Assembly: GCA_965603825.1 (NCBI GenBank)
Contig: CBFDEM010000028.1
Location: 1-64,000 of the forward strand
Direction of reading: 5' to 3'
Length of the DNA stretch: 64,000 nucleotides
DNA from: Blepharisma stoltei ATCC 30299
Lineage: Eukaryota; Protista; Ciliophora
The notes under the pieces: model-generated
What the model saw: the letters and a program-made list of their open reading frames with translations, nothing else
Told to the model about the DNA's origin: nothing
The model's database searches: none
Part shown: one piece after another, positions 59,541 to 64,000 of the stretch
Numbering within the stretch: position 1 is the first letter of the stretch
How the letters are laid out: each line of letters begins with the position of its first letter
Program-made: the position numbers and the translations under genes

Positions 59541-60543
59541 TTATAAAATAGCAGCCTGGAAAAGAGTATGGTTGGACTTAAAAACCATTCCATCATAGAT
59601 TTCAAAACTTTCATTCAAATAGAGCCATGTCCCATTTGTGCTTAATTTATGGATTTCTAAATCTCCATCTGCAAGTATCCATTTTTCATCTTCATAATAA
59701 ATAGTGCACTGGATTTTTGATATCAAAGTATCGTCAATTTGGATTTCACAATTCGGTGTCCTGCCTATGCGAATTGCGCTATTTCTGTAATCTGGCTCAT
59801 TAAAATAGAAAATATCCCCAGTGTTTCTGGCTCCAAAAAGCTTGATTCTCAGTCTCAGAAATGCGCTATCATTGCTTTTCACTAGATTTATTAATAAAAA
59901 ATTGTCCCCAATATGCAAAAGATAATTATCTTTGAGCTCTAATGGGTATAATAACCTTACAAAAGTTCCAAAGCCAATAGCTAAATCTTTAATAAAATAG
60001 GTATCACTTTCCACTGAATAAATTATCTGGAAATGCTGCCCTCGATGTTTTTCTGCCAAACTTTTATCTTGGGGAGGGATTACGATATCATTAATAATCT
60101 CGCCTTTATGCTTGTTTCTTTTTTTGCACCCAAAATAGGTGGTTCCATCTTTTATAGCCCGTAGAGAGTTTTCGTAGCCTAAGGCATTTATGCAGATCAC
60201 TGTATTTTTGGGAAGACTTGAAGAGCTAAGAACTTTTAATTTCAAGACTTTTGCATAATTTAAGCACTGCTCAAGCCTGTGTCTATATGCATCATCATAT
60301 TTAGAGTCATTAGTAGCGAGCTCAAGGTGAAATGATTCTCTTATGATTGAAATGTGTTCAGGCTTGGACTCGTCCTTTGAAGCATTTTCATTTCCTTTTC
60401 GATTTGTTTGCTCTGAGAGCACTTCAGGGCTTCGGAGAGGATATTCGAGCTCAATAAATTGGAGTTCATATTGAGGCGCGCATAAACTTGTACTGCAGCA
60501 CATCTGAGTATTATTCTACCTTCATTCCATTTGAATTACCCAT
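59541..60543 (-). CDS. Tandem FHA-domain protein with MGN/CC lipidation-type N-terminus
   Basis: IGRTPNCEIQIDD.LISKIQ, STNGTW; upstream exon MGNSNGMK joined in frame by 16-nt intron 60504-60519 (GTAGAATAATACTCAG). Confidence 0.82.
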
Positions 60544-60894
60544 ATATTAATTCCTATTATATTTGTTTGGATTTTTTAATGAAATATTATTATATTTCTC
60601 AATTAAATAATAAATTTGTCAAACACAACTTCTGTTCTATAAAGAAAAAATAAAATTTTGGAAAAATCAAATTCAGCTGCAATTTATTGCCTCTTTGATT
60701 TATCTAAAAACTCTTTTACTTATTTGAAACCTAGTGAGTAAAAATAAATAATGCTTTTCACAGCTAATTTTATAATATATAATTTTCTCAATAATTTTTA
60801 AAATTTAAATACTCTGCTAGTCTTCATCCTTATTTCAATTGAATGATCATACATTGCCTCTCAAACCTCTATAATTCTCACTTCATATATATAA

Positions 60895-61200
60895 ATGGTG
60901 CTTACTCGGCTTCTAAGACGATCATTTACTCTTGCAGCAAGAGACGTCAAGCCTCTTCATCCTTCTGACCCAAAGGCAAAAATCCCAATTTACGTGAACG
61001 GTGTGAGGACTTTTCCGCCAACAATTGATGAACATGGCAGAATTACGTATTATCATGAATTCCCTGAAGACTGGAAACCATATTCTATGAACTATGTAGG
61101 TCATGGCTGGTTGATTGTGACTCAAATATTCTTGTGGGCATCTGTGTTCTTTTATGATCAGAAGATTAAGAATATCACTGAAAAAGAAAGGGAAATTTAA
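60895..61200 (+). CDS. Small putative mitochondrial inner-membrane protein
   Basis: Presequence-like MVLTRLLRRSF; single C-terminal TM helix. Confidence 0.65.
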   Translation: MVLTRLLRRSFTLAARDVKPLHPSDPKAKIPIYVNGVRTFPPTIDEHGRITYYHEFPEDWKPYSMNYVGHGWLIVTQIFLWASVFFYDQKIKNITEKEREI

Positions 61201-61517
61201 GATAAGATTTCCAAATAACCTTGCTGAATTAAATTTACATAAATTAAGCCTCCATAGAGTCTATCTAAGACTGAGTAATAATTTTAGGGACTTTATGATG
61301 CTAGTTTACGTATCTTCTCTTCTAAAAACGCCTGTTAAATGCTTATCTAGGTATTTTGTTAATAATTTTTTTAAAAATTCCTCATATTATGAAATTTAAC
61401 GCAGACACATTCTCGAGTAGAAGAATTCGAAAAATAGATCTTGATATTTTAATTATTTTTAAACATAAATCGAGCTGTTTGCTTGAAGTGTTCGTAAAAG
61501 TATAATATAAAATAGAT

Positions 61518-63554
61518 ATGGAGCCCATCTCAGAGCAAATAAAGAAATTACTAGAAGAAGGTGGGCAAGGCATCATTGAAATGCATCCAGAGCGTCACAA
61601 TCTTTCCTCTCTAATCTCGCTTATCACTCTCTATAAAAAATCAGCCCAGATTAGTAAAATTATAATTTGTACTAAAAACATTGAAGAAGTGGACGAAATA
61701 CTCAAAAGACTTAAACAAATAAATTTTGATGGCCTTGCATTTGGAATTTTACACAAGAAAGGCTTGTGCCTTAACAATGAAGTAAACTCAAAAGAAAGAA
61801 TTGAAGTCGAATCAGAGTGTCTCGAGCTCTGCAACGCCAGTCAAGGCTGCAGCTACTATGAAAATTTCAAAGAAAAGCCAAATTTTTTTATCAATGGTGT
61901 CTTAACAAGCAAAGAGCTAAAAGATATCTGCGAACTTGCTGGGATCTGCCCTTATTTTTTACAAAGACGTGCTTTGTCTCAAGCAGAAGTCATTGTTTGT
62001 ACCCACCAGTATTTCTTTCAGTCCGGATTTTCAGATCTAAAATCAACCCTTAATCAAAAAAACGCGATTTTATTTTTAGATTCCCATAATCTTGACTCCA
62101 CAATATTAGACGAATGCAGCATAAATTTGAATTTAAACTTATTATCAGAATCTTTAGGAAACATAAAAGCTATTTTGCAGATTCTTGAAACCACTGATCA
62201 AAATTTGAAGCAAAATTATTACAATGCTATGAAAAATGTAAATTTTAATTAGAACTTAAAATCTGCGAATTTTTTTGAAAGAAGTTTAATGGCTATTTCT
62301 GTTCCTGATAGCTTGATGGAGAGAACAGTCCCAGGCCAAATAAGAAAGCCGGAATATTTTTTAGGATTTATTAAAAGGGTTGCAGTCCACCTAAGAAAGC
62401 TTTTAAGATCAAAAGAACCAAAAATATACTCAGGATCTCGAATGCTCTACGACTTAAAAGTTAACGCTCTAATCGAGCCTGACTGCTTGAAATTCGCGAT
62501 TTTTTCCCTCCATGCTCTCTTTACCCTATTTTCTGACATTTTGCCTAAAGAATACTACCCTCTTCAGCTGCTCTGCAGATTTTGCACAATTTTAGCAAAC
62601 AGCTCAGAAGGTTTTATAATAGTTTTTGAGCCCCACCCAGAGTCTCAAAACATTTACTCTCCTGTTTTACAATTAACTTGCCTTGACGCTACATTTTGCT
62701 TATCTCCTATATTAAGCTCCTTTTCCTCATCTTTATTTGTAACAGCAACCTGCACCCCGCCTGAAATTTTTTCAAAATTATTAGGCCTTTCCCCAAGTTT
62801 TAAGACAGAATTAAGCTGTTCTTCAATATATTGCCCACTAATGCTGACGAAAGGATCTGATCAATTGGCAGTTTCAGCTAAAGAAGAAAAAAGTGATGAA
62901 GGGGTAATTAGGAATTATGGGGATTTATTATTGGAGCTGGCTGATACCATTCCTGACGGAATCATTTGTTTTGTGACTGGATATAAGTATTTAGAGGACA
63001 TTGTGCTAAAATGGAACGAAACTGGCTTACTTTATAGGCTGTTGGACCACAAATTGGTATTTTTTGAAAGCCGTGATGTGAGGGAAACACAAATAGCTTT
63101 ATATAATTTCAAGCTTGCATGCTCTTCTGGAAGAGGGGCTGTTTTATTTTGTGTAACAAATGGATATGCAGTTGATGCTGTGAGTATTTTTTCAGCATGG
63201 TGCAAATGTGTGGTTATTTTTGGAGTCCCTTATCAAGATGTGCTGAGTCGGGTACTAAAAGCAAGACTTACATATATAAAAGAAAAATATTCAATTGAAG
63301 AAAGTGAAATGCTTAATTTTGACTCAATGAGACAAACAGTTTATTGTATGAGCCAAGCATTAAGACCAAATAATAATTATGCTTTACAAATTTTCGCAGA
63401 TAAAAGATATGTTTATAGCCAAAAGAAAGATAAGCTTCCCAAATGGATCCAAGAGAAATTAAAGCCGAATTTTTCAAGTTTGTCAACAGACGCACTTATT
63501 AATATTTCAAGGCAATTTCTTAGGACTGCAGCTAATAAAATTAATTTAAGGTAA
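61518..63554 (+). CDS. XPD/Rad3 (ERCC2)-like helicase paralog with degenerate ATPase motifs
   Basis: LCLN/CPYF Fe-S region, VPGQIRKPE.F, P.MLTKGSDQ, VIRNYGDLL, IPDGIICF, GRGAVLF, FGVPY, FADKRY, KLPKWI; intron 62238-62252. Confidence 0.88.
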
Positions 63555-63601
63555 ATCTCATAATCCAAAAAATTCACAACTTGGGGGCCTGCTATAATTA
63601 A

Positions 63602-64000
63602 ATGAAAGAAGCTGCTCTCTGCGCAATTATTAAAGGCTTTGAACACTCCAAGAAGCTCCATGGTATTGATGAGCAAAAAATCAGATCCTTAATCCAAGGT
63701 CTTGATTTCGACCAAGAACCTTTTTTTATCAAAATCCGAGAGCTTATCTCCAACGTCGTCTGCAAATTAGGCCCACAAAAAGCCTGTGAGACCTTTCACT
63801 TGCCTTCTTCTATGTCAGAATATTTCACAAGCTCATCAAGCCCTTCAGAAAACGCTTCAGAGTCAGACCTTACAAAAGAAAAAAAGAAAATCGCTATCAA
63901 AATGAGCATGAGTGGGAAGAACACTGCAGAAATTGCATTAAAATTAGGTGTCAGAGAGACAATGATTCAGCAATGGATTAAAGCAGTTAAAAAACATATA
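63602..64000 (+). CDS. Partial gene with a helix-turn-helix motif (runs off the window)
   Basis: ATG at 63602, open to the window end; KKKIAIKMSMSGKNTAEIALKLGVRETMIQQWIK resembles homeodomain-like/transposase-type HTH. Confidence 0.6.
   Translation, partial: MKEAALCAIIKGFEHSKKLHGIDEQKIRSLIQGLDFDQEPFFIKIRELISNVVCKLGPQKACETFHLPSSMSEYFTSSSSPSENASESDLTKEKKKIAIKMSMSGKNTAEIALKLGVRETMIQQWIKAVKKHI

Overview
Telomere-proximal 64 kb of a eukaryotic chromosome, almost certainly a heterotrich ciliate macronuclear chromosome of the Blepharisma type. It shows (i) a 1.45 kb (CCCTAACA)n telomere, (ii) TGA read as Trp, with more than 50 in-frame TGAs, many at invariant Trp positions, and only TAA/TAG as stops, and (iii) 21 tiny spliceosomal introns of 15-17 nt. 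The supplied ORF track is therefore fragmented. Re-joined by hand it gives about 43 densely packed genes, including DNAJC7, Ariadne RBR ligase, ZMAT2, a ~1,940 aa LNR/beta-helix/7TM receptor, FYVE-CaaX, AVL9-MORN, leishmanolysin, SPIRAL2/TORTIFOLIA1-like, TRIP12-type HECT, ARL3 plus a divergent copy and a relic, channel-cyclase, alpha-CA-like, EB1, PSMA2, PIH1D2, UEV, RS2Z-type SR protein, DHHC, Tubby, LMBR1, CK1, FHA and XPD-like. Most interesting: two 16-nt GT..GG introns suggesting the 3' splice site is measured from the branch A; an atypical 17-nt GC-rich intron in the SR splicing-factor gene; three consecutive signalling pseudoenzymes (ARL3-like, voltage-sensor pseudo-cyclase, acatalytic carbonic anhydrase); an ATPase-dead XPD paralog; and homologues of families usually called plant-specific. 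All calls come from manual reading and motif recognition; no searches were run.
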